A DNA stretch of 64,000 nucleotides from Candidatus Zhuqueibacterota bacterium (GCA_016929295.1 JAFGJB010000198.1:6391-70390), one strand, 5' to 3'; shown: positions 9,701 through 18,707, counted from the stretch's first letter. Notes: generated by a model not told the origin, from the letters alone. Numbers and translations: made by a program.

Positions 9701-9937
9701 ATGAAAATAGAAGTGCTGAGTTTTGTGTTCGGCATCATCATCACGTTAGCGACAGTCGTTATTTTTGAGCGTATTTATGGCAAGATATTCGGCAATAAAA
9801 AGCTCAGAGAACTGGAACGCGAAGTCGGTCGACTGCGTAAAATTGTGCAAAAAAAAGATGAGCTGATCAAAAAATCATTGCGAGATATCAAAGAGAAGGA
9901 GAAAAAAAATGATGGGCACGAGCAGCAGATTGCGTAA
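9701..9937 (+). CDS. Small single-pass membrane protein with a charged coiled-coil tail
   Basis: The N-terminal TM (VLSFVFGIIITLATVVIF) is followed by a K/E-rich helix. No family recognised. Confidence 0.35.
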   Translation: MKIEVLSFVFGIIITLATVVIFERIYGKIFGNKKLRELEREVGRLRKIVQKKDELIKKSLRDIKEKEKKNDGHEQQIA

Positions 9938-10220
9938 AACTGCAACGCACGGCGCTATAGGCGGACTGGCCGGATTCATTGTTGAGTATGGGCTCGAAAC
10001 TGCCACCGGGACCGATTTCATCAACGGCGTGTTCGAAATTGCCGGCGCTACTCTGGGTGTGGTCAATGCCAATAAAGATCTGATCAAACAGGCTTATAAC
10101 AGCGTCGTTCAGGTCACAGGTAAAGAGCCTAAAGATTTGACCGAGGATGAATGGGATGTTGTACGGGAAAAATATCCCAAAGCCGTTGAGTATCTTGAAC
10201 GGGCTCTGGCACTGCAATAA
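9909..10220 (+). CDS. Hypothetical small protein with a glycine-zipper-like segment
   Basis: A strong RBS (AAGGAGAAAAAAA) precedes the ATG. Contains GAIGGLAGF. No family recognised. Confidence 0.35.
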   Translation: MMGTSSRLRKTATHGAIGGLAGFIVEYGLETATGTDFINGVFEIAGATLGVVNANKDLIKQAYNSVVQVTGKEPKDLTEDEWDVVREKYPKAVEYLERALALQ

Positions 10221-10229
10221 CAAATCGAT

Positions 10230-10886
10230 ATGGCATTCCTGTCATCTTTGGCTGTCATTCTAGCCACACGGCTGGGTCTCAAGCTGGCGGAGAAAAAAAA
10301 GTGGCTGCCCGCGGGCGTCTATCATCAACTTGCCATCAATAAATTAAAATATGGTGATTTGCAGGACGCCATCCGTCTGAATGAGATTGCCCTTGAAAAA
10401 AGTCCGCGGCATGAAAAAGCGCAGGTCGTCAAAGATCTGATCGCCATGCAACGCGATGCGCTCTTGGGTCATTTGATGACCGATATAGAGCGGGAAAAGG
10501 GATTTATTCGCGAGCTGCAGACGACCAGCATGTCCATTTCGCGCCAGCTCAGCCGTTTGCGGAGAAGCAGCAGTTTGAGTAAATTTATTCCCTGGCTGTT
10601 TTTATTTGGTAATTTTTTTGCGTATCTTGCTTCGTTTGTTCTCATTCGCATCCGACATGAAGCAATGGTCGGAAGTCTCGTGGGCGGCGTTGCCGTCATC
10701 TGCACGCTGCTCATCTATTTTCTCTTTCGCCGGCTCAGTGAGTATAATGTTCAGTCCGGCATAAAAAGGCAAGAACTCGCAACAATGCAGCGATCTCTAT
10801 CGCAAGAACTGCAAATGCGAACAAGACGACTGCGGCAGCTTCAAAGTAAATTGTCCGAAACTCGTCATCAGCTCCGGAAACCGTGA
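10230..10886 (+). CDS. Hypothetical membrane protein (TPR-like helix pair, two TM helices, coiled coils)
   Basis: Central hydrophobic pair (FIPWLFLFGNFFAYLASFVLI, LVGGVAVICTLLIYFLF) flanked by R/Q/L-rich helices. Confidence 0.4.
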   Translation: MAFLSSLAVILATRLGLKLAEKKKWLPAGVYHQLAINKLKYGDLQDAIRLNEIALEKSPRHEKAQVVKDLIAMQRDALLGHLMTDIEREKGFIRELQTTSMSISRQLSRLRRSSSLSKFIPWLFLFGNFFAYLASFVLIRIRHEAMVGSLVGGVAVICTLLIYFLFRRLSEYNVQSGIKRQELATMQRSLSQELQMRTRRLRQLQSKLSETRHQLRKP

Positions 10887-10887
10887 T

Positions 10888-11388
10888 ATGATGAATTTTA
10901 TAAAGAATTTCAAAGCATTCTGGCTGTTAGAGTTGATACTTTTAGGCGCCGGATTTTTTCTGGTCTATCATGAATTTATCATTGAAGATGCCGGTCCTGC
11001 GCCCGCTACAAAACCCGCAGCCGTGGCTCCCGCGAGCAATGAGAATATTGCCTGGAATGGCGCCCAAACAATGCTGGAAACAGCTGTCGTTTGCCTGGAT
11101 ATCGATGTGGAGAACAAGAAGCCGTTGCTGGCAAAAGGGCGCTTCAGCAAGTATATTGACGTCCTCTTTTGTTACACGGAAATCTCCGGCGCCATTCCGG
11201 ATGTGCTGGTGCACGATTGGATTTTTGAAGACAGCGTTCCTTATAGACAGCGCATCTCTCTCAACCGCGGCGAACGCCGGGTGTGGACCAAAATGACCAT
11301 GTCCCCGGATAAAGCCGGCAGGTGGCGGGTCGATATTCGAACTGGAAATGGCGAATACCTGGGCTCCGCGGATTTCGTTCTCAAGTGA
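10888..11388 (+). CDS. Membrane-anchored protein with a DUF2914-like C-terminal domain
   Basis: The C-terminal pattern VLVHDWIFED...RVWTKMTMSPDKAGRWRVDIRTGNGEYLGSADFVL matches my recollection of the DUF2914 signature (H.W......R.WS......G.W.V.v...G..L....F.v). Confidence 0.45.
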   Translation: MMNFIKNFKAFWLLELILLGAGFFLVYHEFIIEDAGPAPATKPAAVAPASNENIAWNGAQTMLETAVVCLDIDVENKKPLLAKGRFSKYIDVLFCYTEISGAIPDVLVHDWIFEDSVPYRQRISLNRGERRVWTKMTMSPDKAGRWRVDIRTGNGEYLGSADFVLK

Positions 11389-11474
11389 CAATCCACGCTT
11401 TGAGAAAAACTGAAACAAAATGATGATTCCGGCATCTTATTGAATAGATGCAATGGTTCAAAATGGAGTTCGTT

Positions 11475-12161
11475 ATGGCATTTTTACCTTTAGATAAAAC
11501 ATTGATCCTGCTCATTCCGGCAATTATACTGAGCATTTATGCTCAGTTTGCCATTCGTAGTTCGTACGCAAAGTGGAGTAAAATCAGATCGTCCACTGGA
11601 ATGACCGGGGCACAAGTGGCGAAGCAGCTTTTGCGGCAAAATGGCATAAATGATGTCACCGTCGAAGAGGTCGGCGGCGCGCTCTCGGATCATTATGATT
11701 CGCGAGCAAAAAAGGTTCGCCTTTCCAGTGATGTCTACCACTCAAATTCACTTGCCGCCCTGGGAGTTGCGGCGCATGAGACCGGCCATGCCATTCAACA
11801 CGCCAAGAGTTATGCGCCTTTGAACATCCGACAGGCTTTGTTCCCGGTGGCCAGCATTGGCTCAACCTGGGGCTTTTGGATTTTTCTCATTGGCATGTTT
11901 GTCTCTTCGTTCGGCTTTTTGATGGACATAGGGATACTGCTCTTCGCCGGCGCCACCGCATTTCAGATCGTCACCCTGCCCGTTGAGTTCAATGCGAGCA
12001 ATCGAGCTCTGGCGCAATTGAGCAGCGGAGGATATTTGCGCACGGATGAGATCAGCGGCGCCAAAAAAGTCTTGAATGCCGCGGCATTGACCTACGTCGC
12101 AGCCGCCGCCATGTCCGTGCTGACACTCGTGCGATTGCTGATTTTACGCGGCGACGACTAG
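11475..12161 (+). CDS. YugP-type membrane zinc metallopeptidase
   Basis: Motifs LSDHYDSRAKKVRLS and AAHETGHAIQH, plus C-terminal TM helices. A GGAG RBS precedes the ATG at 11475. Confidence 0.8.
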   Translation: MAFLPLDKTLILLIPAIILSIYAQFAIRSSYAKWSKIRSSTGMTGAQVAKQLLRQNGINDVTVEEVGGALSDHYDSRAKKVRLSSDVYHSNSLAALGVAAHETGHAIQHAKSYAPLNIRQALFPVASIGSTWGFWIFLIGMFVSSFGFLMDIGILLFAGATAFQIVTLPVEFNASNRALAQLSSGGYLRTDEISGAKKVLNAAALTYVAAAAMSVLTLVRLLILRGDD

Positions 12162-12190
12162 ATCGTTGTCGAGACATTGTTCTGATATGC

Positions 12191-12220
12191 AAAGGAGACG
12201 AATGATCGTCTCCTTTTTTT
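12191..12220 (+). terminator. Rho-independent terminator
   Basis: 10-bp stem AAAGGAGACG/CGTCTCCTTT, a 6-nt loop and a T7 tail. Confidence 0.8.
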
Positions 12221-12251
12221 GTGCGCCGACTCGCTCGTTTGATGAGAACAG

Positions 12252-12980
12252 ATGACTAAAAAAAACCTGCCAGAGTATGCGATCATCGAGCTGGGACAGA
12301 TGGATGTGCCGGCGGTCGACGATGTCATGGCCGCTCTTGTCACCCAGAGGCAAGCGGATCGCATCGCGGATCTATTGCTCTTTTTGTCTTATAATCCATG
12401 CCTGGCTTTTGGCGCTCGGCAATTGAATGATGAGGACTTGAAGAAACCACAAGACTATTTTGCCGAACGGGGCATACCGATATTCAAGACGGGGCGCGGC
12501 GGCGGCTTGACCTACCACTGGCCCGGCCAGTTGATCTGTTATCCTCTGCTGAAATTGCGGCCGGATGAACACAATATCCCGGGCTATATGCATAACCTGG
12601 AGCAAATCGGCATCGAAACTCTGATGGCGGTGGGCGTACGGGCACAGCGGAAACGGCACACTGCGGCGCATATCGGCCTGTGGATCGGCAGCAATAAAAT
12701 CGCTTCCATGGGCATCAGGATTGCGCGCAGCGTGACAAGTTACGGGTTTGCCCTCAATTTACTCGGCGATGTTTCGCCGGCTCACGACATAAGACCATGC
12801 GGATTGGATGTAAAACTGACGACGGTGGAAGAACAGACAGGAGTGCGGCCCGATACGCACTGGATGAAGGAAAAAGTTCAGCATTCCTTTGAAAAAATAT
12901 TTCGCCGTCGCCTCGGCAATTTTGCTTCACAACTGCCGGCTGTGGTTCGTGAGCTGCAAAATAACATCAGCACGAGGTGA
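12252..12980 (+). CDS. lipB: Lipoyl(octanoyl) transferase
   Basis: GRGGGLTYHWPGQLICYP matches the LipB RGG.vTYHGPGQ motif. SNKIASMGIRI contains the catalytic-Lys region. Confidence 0.75.
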   Translation: MTKKNLPEYAIIELGQMDVPAVDDVMAALVTQRQADRIADLLLFLSYNPCLAFGARQLNDEDLKKPQDYFAERGIPIFKTGRGGGLTYHWPGQLICYPLLKLRPDEHNIPGYMHNLEQIGIETLMAVGVRAQRKRHTAAHIGLWIGSNKIASMGIRIARSVTSYGFALNLLGDVSPAHDIRPCGLDVKLTTVEEQTGVRPDTHWMKEKVQHSFEKIFRRRLGNFASQLPAVVRELQNNISTR

Positions 12981-13086
12981 GCACCTGTCTGTCAATATGG
13001 CAGATATCATCTGTTCAATCTAAAGTCGACAGAATGCATAATGGATGTAAGTAGAATAAAAACAAGTTTCGCCTACGCTGCTTTTC

Positions 13087-13102
13087 TGGCACATTGATTG
13101 CT
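13087..13102 (+). promoter_or_regulatory. Sigma-54 (-24/-12) promoter upstream of grpE
   Basis: TGGCAC-ATTGA-TTGCTT has exact consensus spacing (TGGCAC-N5-TTGCW). It lies 84 nt upstream of the grpE ATG in the correct orientation. Confidence 0.65.
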
Positions 13103-13185
13103 TGATATGATCATTAAAATAAAATATTCGCGCCGTCGCGCGGGACATGTTCGAAAGAGAACGGCCAAATTGACGAGAGGATGAG

Positions 13186-13788
13186 ATGACGGCTAATCGA
13201 GCGGAAAAAGAAATTGACATTGAAATCAAGGATGAAGATGATGTGTCTGATGAACTGAAGATGCAGGACAACGATCAAAAAGAGCAGCCATCCGTTGCTG
13301 AGAGAGAGGAAGAAGAAAAATCTGCACCGCAAGTTGAAAATTTTGATTATCTGGAAAAATATCTACGACTGCAGGCCGAATTTTTGAATTACAAACGGCG
13401 AAATGAGCAGCGCATGCAGGAGTGGAGACTCTATGCTGCCAAGGATATTGTGTCGCAGATTTTGCCCGTGATAGACGATTTTGACATTCTATTCAGCCAC
13501 AGCGTGGAAAATTCGACCGCGATTTGCATCGATGGCGTCAAGATGATATATAATAAATTGCTGTCATCGCTCAAGGAACTGGGGCTTGAGCCAATAGCCG
13601 CCGTCGGACAAAAGTTTGATCCGACGATCCATGAAGCTGTGATGGCTGAAGAGTCCGAAGAGGTGGAACAAGATCACGTTCTGCGAGTGTGGCAGCAGGG
13701 TTTTATGTTCAAAGAGACTCTGCTGCGCCCGGCAAAAGTGATCACGGCAAAACAAAAACAAAATGGTGCCAGAGATGGCGAGCAATGA
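13186..13788 (+). CDS. grpE: Nucleotide exchange factor GrpE
   Basis: Acidic N-terminus, RLQAEFLNYKRR, ILPVIDDFD and a C-terminal RPAKV motif. Confidence 0.9.
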   Translation: MTANRAEKEIDIEIKDEDDVSDELKMQDNDQKEQPSVAEREEEEKSAPQVENFDYLEKYLRLQAEFLNYKRRNEQRMQEWRLYAAKDIVSQILPVIDDFDILFSHSVENSTAICIDGVKMIYNKLLSSLKELGLEPIAAVGQKFDPTIHEAVMAEESEEVEQDHVLRVWQQGFMFKETLLRPAKVITAKQKQNGARDGEQ

Positions 13789-14662
13789 CTTTTATAAAGT
13801 ATTGGGCGTAGCCGAAAACGCCTCGGAGAGCGATATCAAAAAGGCCTATCGCGAACTGGCTAAAAAGTATCATCCGGACAAGCACAAAGGCGATCCGCAA
13901 GCGGAAAACCGCTTTAAAGAAATTTCTGAAGCGTACGCCGTTTTAGGCGATCCCAAAAAGCGCGCCCAATATGATCAGATGAGGCGATTGGGCGGGTACG
14001 ATTCGAATTTCCAAAATGTTGATTTTGATTTACGTGATATCTTTGGCGGATTTCGTCAGCGTCGCAGTGCCGGTGGCGGTTTCAGCGACCTGTTCAGTGA
14101 TTTTTTTGGCAGCGCCGGCCATTCCCGGCCAGCGCAAAAGGGTGAAGATATTTCCGCCGACCTGACCATTGCCTTTGATCTGGCTGTGAGCGGCGGCAAG
14201 CAGATGATCACCATCAACGGGCAGCGACTGTCCGTCACCATTCCACAAGGTGTTGAGGATGGCAAAAAGATCCGACTACGCGGACTAGGTCAGCCTGGCA
14301 CGGCCAGAGGAGCAGCGGGCGATTTGATTATCACCATACACGTCGCACCTCACCCGATCTTTCGAAGAAAAGGTGCGGATATTTATTCCACGGCGGCAGT
14401 CAATATCGTGCAGGCGTCTCTGGGCGCCAAAGTGCCGGTGCAGACGTATGATCGGGGAAATGTCAATCTCAAGATTCCTGCCGGCACCCAACATGGAAAA
14501 GTGTTCAAGCTTGCCGGCATGGGAATCAAATGCAATGGTCGTAGGAGTGATCATTATGTTGAGGTGGAATTGATCGTGCCGAAAAATCTGAATGCCAGAG
14601 CTCAGAAAGCGCTTGAGCAATTCGCCCAGGCGGCGGGCATTGAGTATGGAAGAGTAGAATAA
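13775..14662 (+). CDS. J-domain co-chaperone, CbpA-like (class II DnaJ without a zinc finger)
   Basis: DFYKVLGV...YRELAKKYHPDK J-domain, a G/F-rich linker and no CxxCxGxG repeats, followed by C-terminal DnaJ_C-type beta domains. It overlaps the grpE stop by 14 nt. Confidence 0.85.
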   Translation: MASNDFYKVLGVAENASESDIKKAYRELAKKYHPDKHKGDPQAENRFKEISEAYAVLGDPKKRAQYDQMRRLGGYDSNFQNVDFDLRDIFGGFRQRRSAGGGFSDLFSDFFGSAGHSRPAQKGEDISADLTIAFDLAVSGGKQMITINGQRLSVTIPQGVEDGKKIRLRGLGQPGTARGAAGDLIITIHVAPHPIFRRKGADIYSTAAVNIVQASLGAKVPVQTYDRGNVNLKIPAGTQHGKVFKLAGMGIKCNGRRSDHYVEVELIVPKNLNARAQKALEQFAQAAGIEYGRVE

Positions 14663-14752
14663 TTTGCATGAGTGATGATGTTTTAAATATTTCGAAACAA
14701 TCCCGAATGTGGCGTCGTTTTCACTACAGTGTTTTGAAAAAAAGCTGACATA

Positions 14753-16258
14753 ATGAAAGGGAACGAAATGAAATCTCGCAAGACGTATGCATTTGTCATT
14801 TTTGCCGTGTTCATTGGCATTGTCGTCGGACTGGTTCTGTCGTCAAATCTGAATCTGACCAACAGGACAGTTGCAGCTGACGTGCCGACGATCAAACCGG
14901 TGCTTTTGGGCAATCAGAGTGAAAATATAAATCCGGAACAGGTGGCGAGTGCGCAAATGCTCAGCAAAGCCTTTGCGCATGTGGCGCAAACGGTCAAGGG
15001 ATCAGTTGTGACAATTAAAAGCACCCAGACCGTGCGAACCGAGGTGCCGGAATTCTGGCAATATTTTTTCAATGTGCCGGACGAGCAAGTCCGCCAGGGC
15101 CTTGGCTCCGGCGTTGTCGTCAACGCAGAAGGCTACATCCTGACGAACAACCATGTCGTCGAAGGCGCTGATGATCTGCAAGTATCCATTGGCAAGGATA
15201 CCTACGATGCTGAGATCGTCGGCCGCGATCCGGAAAGTGATCTGGCGGTGATAAAAATCGATGGCAAGAACCTCACCTCGATAAGTCTTGGCGATTCTGA
15301 TGAGCTGCAAGTTGGCGAGTGGGTGTTGGCGATAGGCAATCCCTTTGCCGCTGTGCTCGATCAAACCGTAACGGCCGGCATTGTCAGCGCCAAAGGCAGG
15401 ACAAATCTGACGCGCGGTCAGATTCCGTTCGAAGATTTCATTCAGACGGACGCGGCGATTAATCCCGGCAACTCTGGCGGTGCGCTGGTGAACATGAACG
15501 GCGAATTGGTCGGCATCAATACGATGATCTATTCCAGTTCGGGCGGCAATGTCGGCATCGGCTTTGCCATTCCCATCAACCTCGCGAAGAATGTGATGGA
15601 GCAGCTCATCCAGTCCGGTAAGGTGGCGCGCGGTTGGCTCGGGGTCTATATCGGCACTCTGGACGACAAGATGGCAGAGGCGCTCGGCCTCGATGAACCA
15701 ACGGGCGCACTTGTCAATCAGGTCACCGAAGACAGTCCTGCGGAAAAAGCGGGTCTCAAGGAAGCTGACGTCATACTTGAAGTCGAGGGCAAAAAGATCA
15801 AAGACAGCAATGAATTGGTCAATATGATCGCCAATTATGCTCCGGGAACCAGTGTGGAGTTGCTGCTCTGGCGCGACGGGCGCGAGAAAAAGGTCACACT
15901 TAAATTGGGCGAACGACCGACTGAGGGCGTTCTTGTCGAGGAAGACGTTCAAGATGTTGAAAATCTGCTCGGTCTGCAGGTTGAAAATTTGACGCCTGAG
16001 ACTATGCGTCGATATGGAGTGGATTACACAGATGAAAAAGGGGTCATCATCGTCAATGTCAAACAAGGGTCCGCAGCTGCAAAAGAGGGGCTTCGTCCGG
16101 GCGATTTGATAAAGTCTGTCAATCGGCAAAATGTGGAGCGGGTGAGTGATTTCAATAATCTGATGAAAGAAATCAAACCGAACAGCGTCGTCCTGTTTCG
16201 TCTCAAACGCGGACGATCCAGTATTTTTGTGGCGGTGCGCGTTCCGGAGAACAAGTGA
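14753..16258 (+). CDS. htrA: Do/DegP/HtrA-family periplasmic serine endoprotease with two PDZ domains
   Basis: Catalytic motifs TNNHVV, DLAVIKI and GNSGGALVN, followed by two PDZ-like regions. Confidence 0.9.
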   Translation: MKGNEMKSRKTYAFVIFAVFIGIVVGLVLSSNLNLTNRTVAADVPTIKPVLLGNQSENINPEQVASAQMLSKAFAHVAQTVKGSVVTIKSTQTVRTEVPEFWQYFFNVPDEQVRQGLGSGVVVNAEGYILTNNHVVEGADDLQVSIGKDTYDAEIVGRDPESDLAVIKIDGKNLTSISLGDSDELQVGEWVLAIGNPFAAVLDQTVTAGIVSAKGRTNLTRGQIPFEDFIQTDAAINPGNSGGALVNMNGELVGINTMIYSSSGGNVGIGFAIPINLAKNVMEQLIQSGKVARGWLGVYIGTLDDKMAEALGLDEPTGALVNQVTEDSPAEKAGLKEADVILEVEGKKIKDSNELVNMIANYAPGTSVELLLWRDGREKKVTLKLGERPTEGVLVEEDVQDVENLLGLQVENLTPETMRRYGVDYTDEKGVIIVNVKQGSAAAKEGLRPGDLIKSVNRQNVERVSDFNNLMKEIKPNSVVLFRLKRGRSSIFVAVRVPENK

Positions 16259-16274
16259 CGGGTGTAAAGGCACA

Positions 16275-16298
16275 GGCGAGAGCACGCGTGCTCTCGCC
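16275..16298. repeat. Perfect 24-bp palindrome between htrA and the FmdB-like gene
   Basis: GGCGAGAGCACG|CGTGCTCTCGCC has no mismatches and no U-tract after it. Confidence 0.9.
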
Positions 16299-16336
16299 AA
16301 TGTTTCAGGACGACGAGAGAACAAAGAGGAGCAAAA

Positions 16337-16594
16337 ATGCCAACCTATGATTATCGATGTAAAGAGTGCGGACATCGATATGAGGTTTTTCAATCCATAA
16401 CTGCCAGCCCTTTGACAGAATGTCCTATGTGCGGTGGTCCGGTCGAGAGGCTGATTGGCAGTGGTGCAGGCCTGGTTTTTAAGGGGTCTGGTTTTTATAT
16501 AACCGATTATAAAAACAGTAAAAATGGTTCGGAGACGAAAAAAGAGGCAAAAACTGCTGATAAAACGACAACACCGGCCAAGAATGATGACTGA
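16337..16594 (+). CDS. FmdB-family zinc-ribbon protein
   Basis: MPTYDYRCKECGHRYEV...CPMCGG, the typical CxxC...CxxC FmdB N-terminus. Confidence 0.8.
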   Translation: MPTYDYRCKECGHRYEVFQSITASPLTECPMCGGPVERLIGSGAGLVFKGSGFYITDYKNSKNGSETKKEAKTADKTTTPAKNDD

Positions 16595-16655
16595 CACATT
16601 GGCATAATGCGCGTCTTATTGACTGTCAGGTGACGAAAAATATCATTCCTCTCAT

Positions 16656-16694
16656 CAGGCACATAAAAAAGAATATTTTATGTGCCTGTTTTTT
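16656..16694 (+). terminator. Rho-independent terminator
   Basis: 13-bp stem CAGGCACATAAAA/TTTTATGTGCCTG, a 7-nt loop and a T6 tail. Confidence 0.85.
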
Positions 16695-16729
16695 ATGTAG
16701 ATAAAATGGTATAAAATCCAGCCTGTCTC

Positions 16730-16745
16730 TGGCATGACAGTTGCA
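16730..16745 (+). promoter_or_regulatory. Sigma-54 (-24/-12) promoter upstream of dnaK
   Basis: TGGCAT-GACAG-TTGCAA has exact consensus spacing. It lies 46 nt upstream of the dnaK ATG and just downstream of the preceding terminator. Confidence 0.6.
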
Positions 16746-16790
16746 AATGCAACGTGAAAAATGTTATCGAAATCGAGAAATGAGGACAAT

Positions 16791-18707
16791 ATGGGCAAGA
16801 TTGTAGGAATTGATCTCGGGACAACCAACTCGTGCGTTGCTGTTATGGAGGGTGGTGAACCAACAGTCATTCCCAACAGCGAGGGTGGTCGGACCACACC
16901 CTCTGTGGTGGCGTTCACAAAAACCGGCGAGCGTCTTGTCGGGCAGGTGGCTAAACGTCAGGCCATAACGAATCCGGAGAAGACCATTTATTCGATCAAG
17001 CGTTTCATGGGCCGGCGTCACGCCGAAGTGAAGACAGAGATCGATGAGGTGCCTTACAAGGTCATTAGCGGACAAAATGATGTCGCGCGCGTAAAGATAG
17101 ATGATAAGGAGTATACGCCGCAGGAAATTTCGGCGATGATTTTGCAAAAGATGAAGCAGACAGCCGAAGATTATCTCGGCGAAAAAGTGACCGAGGCCGT
17201 CATTACCGTGCCGGCCTATTTCAATGATAGTCAAAGACAGGCGACAAAGGAAGCGGGTGAGATTGCTGGACTGGTGGTCAAACGAATCATCAATGAACCG
17301 ACCGCCGCGTCTCTCGCATACGGGCTGGATAAGAATAAAAACGAAAAAATTGCGGTGTATGATCTTGGCGGCGGCACTTTTGATATCTCCATCCTGGAAA
17401 TCGGCGATGGCGTCTTCGAAGTCAAGTCCACGAACGGCGATACGCATCTTGGCGGCGATGATTTTGATCAACGCATCATAGATTGGATGGTAGACGAGTT
17501 CCTTAAACTTGAGGGCGTCGATCTTTCCAAGGATCCGATGCCGCTGCAGCGGCTGAAAGAGGCGGCGGAAAAAGCCAAGACTGAGTTGTCGACGACAAGC
17601 CAGACAGAAATAAATTTGCCATATATCACTGCAACGGATACGGGGCCAAAACATCTGAACATGAATTTGACTCGCGCCAAATTTGAACAGATGTGCGACG
17701 ATCTGTTCCAGCGCAGTCTGGAGCCGTGCAAAGTGGCGCTCAAAGATTCGGGCCTGTCCCCCAGCGACATTGACGAGGTTGTGCTCGTCGGCGGCTCCAC
17801 GCGTATGCCGAAAATTCAGCAGCTCGTGCAGGAGCTTTTTGGCAAAGAGCCCCACAAAGGCGTCAATCCGGATGAGGTGGTCGCCGTTGGCGCTGCAATT
17901 CAGGGCGGCGTTTTGGCCGGCGATGTCTCCGATGTACTGCTTCTTGATGTGACGCCGCTTTCACTTGGCATCGAAACGCTTGGCGGCGTCAAGACGACGC
18001 TCATTGAAAAGAATACAACCATCCCGACGAAAAAATCAGAGATATTCTCCACTGCTGCCGACAGCCAACCATCAGTCGAAATTCATATCCTGCAGGGAGA
18101 ACGTCAAATGGCCATCGACAATCGGACGCTCGGGAGATTCCACCTGGACGGTATTCCGCCCGCACCGCGCGGCATACCGCAAATTGAAGTGACGTTCGAC
18201 ATCGATGCCAACGGCATCCTGAATGTGTCGGCAAAAGACAAGACGACAAACAAGGAGCAATCCATTCGGATCGAGGCATCAACAGGTCTGTCAAAACAAG
18301 AGATCGATAAAATGGTCAACGATGCCAAAGCGCACGCGGCTGAAGACAAGAAAAAACGCGAGCTGATCGATACCAAGAATCAGGCGGATCAAATAGTCTA
18401 TCAAACCGAAAAACAGATGCGGGAATATGGCGATAAACTGGATGCAGCTCTCAAGGGGCGGCTTGAAGCGGCCATCGGACGCCTGAAGGAAGCGATGAAA
18501 GGCGATAATGTGAACGAGATGAAATCGGCAATCGATGGCGTCAACAGCATCATGCAACAGGCCGCGCAAAAAATGTACGAGGCCGCATCTCAGGCGCAAG
18601 CCGCACAGGAGGAGCAGCCCGGCGCGGATGCCGGCGGGGCGTCATCTGGCCAAAAAACCGAGGCGGAAGATGCCGATTTTGAGGTGGTCGACGACGACAA
18701 GAAATAA
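16791..18707 (+). CDS. dnaK: Molecular chaperone DnaK (Hsp70)
   Basis: [22 protein letters not shown] and [10 protein letters not shown]; full-length Hsp70. Confidence 0.97.
   Translation: MGKIVGIDLGTTNSCVAVMEGGEPTVIPNSEGGRTTPSVVAFTKTGERLVGQVAKRQAITNPEKTIYSIKRFMGRRHAEVKTEIDEVPYKVISGQNDVARVKIDDKEYTPQEISAMILQKMKQTAEDYLGEKVTEAVITVPAYFNDSQRQATKEAGEIAGLVVKRIINEPTAASLAYGLDKNKNEKIAVYDLGGGTFDISILEIGDGVFEVKSTNGDTHLGGDDFDQRIIDWMVDEFLKLEGVDLSKDPMPLQRLKEAAEKAKTELSTTSQTEINLPYITATDTGPKHLNMNLTRAKFEQMCDDLFQRSLEPCKVALKDSGLSPSDIDEVVLVGGSTRMPKIQQLVQELFGKEPHKGVNPDEVVAVGAAIQGGVLAGDVSDVLLLDVTPLSLGIETLGGVKTTLIEKNTTIPTKKSEIFSTAADSQPSVEIHILQGERQMAIDNRTLGRFHLDGIPPAPRGIPQIEVTFDIDANGILNVSAKDKTTNKEQSIRIEASTGLSKQEIDKMVNDAKAHAAEDKKKRELIDTKNQADQIVYQTEKQMREYGDKLDAALKGRLEAAIGRLKEAMKGDNVNEMKSAIDGVNSIMQQAAQKMYEAASQAQAAQEEQPGADAGGASSGQKTEAEDADFEVVDDDKK

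Noticed and set aside
12981-13185. A search for CIRCE (TTAGCACTC-N9-GAGTGCTAA) or HAIR (CTTGAGT-N7-ACTCAAG) operators upstream of grpE, and likewise upstream of dnaK (16595-16790)
   Set aside because: Reading both gaps by eye found no such inverted repeat. Only the short CAGAT-ATC-ATCTG dyad at 13001-13013 is present. A formal pattern search is still advisable.
15002-16597. A 531-aa ORF on the minus strand
   Set aside because: It is antisense to htrA and the FmdB-like gene, both of which have clear family motifs. It would also have to read through the 24-bp palindrome. It is a shadow ORF.
16764-17855. A 363-aa ORF on the minus strand
   Set aside because: It is antisense to dnaK and has no recognisable motif, so it is a shadow ORF. 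The same reasoning applies to 19933-20547 and 20726-21175, which are antisense to clpB.
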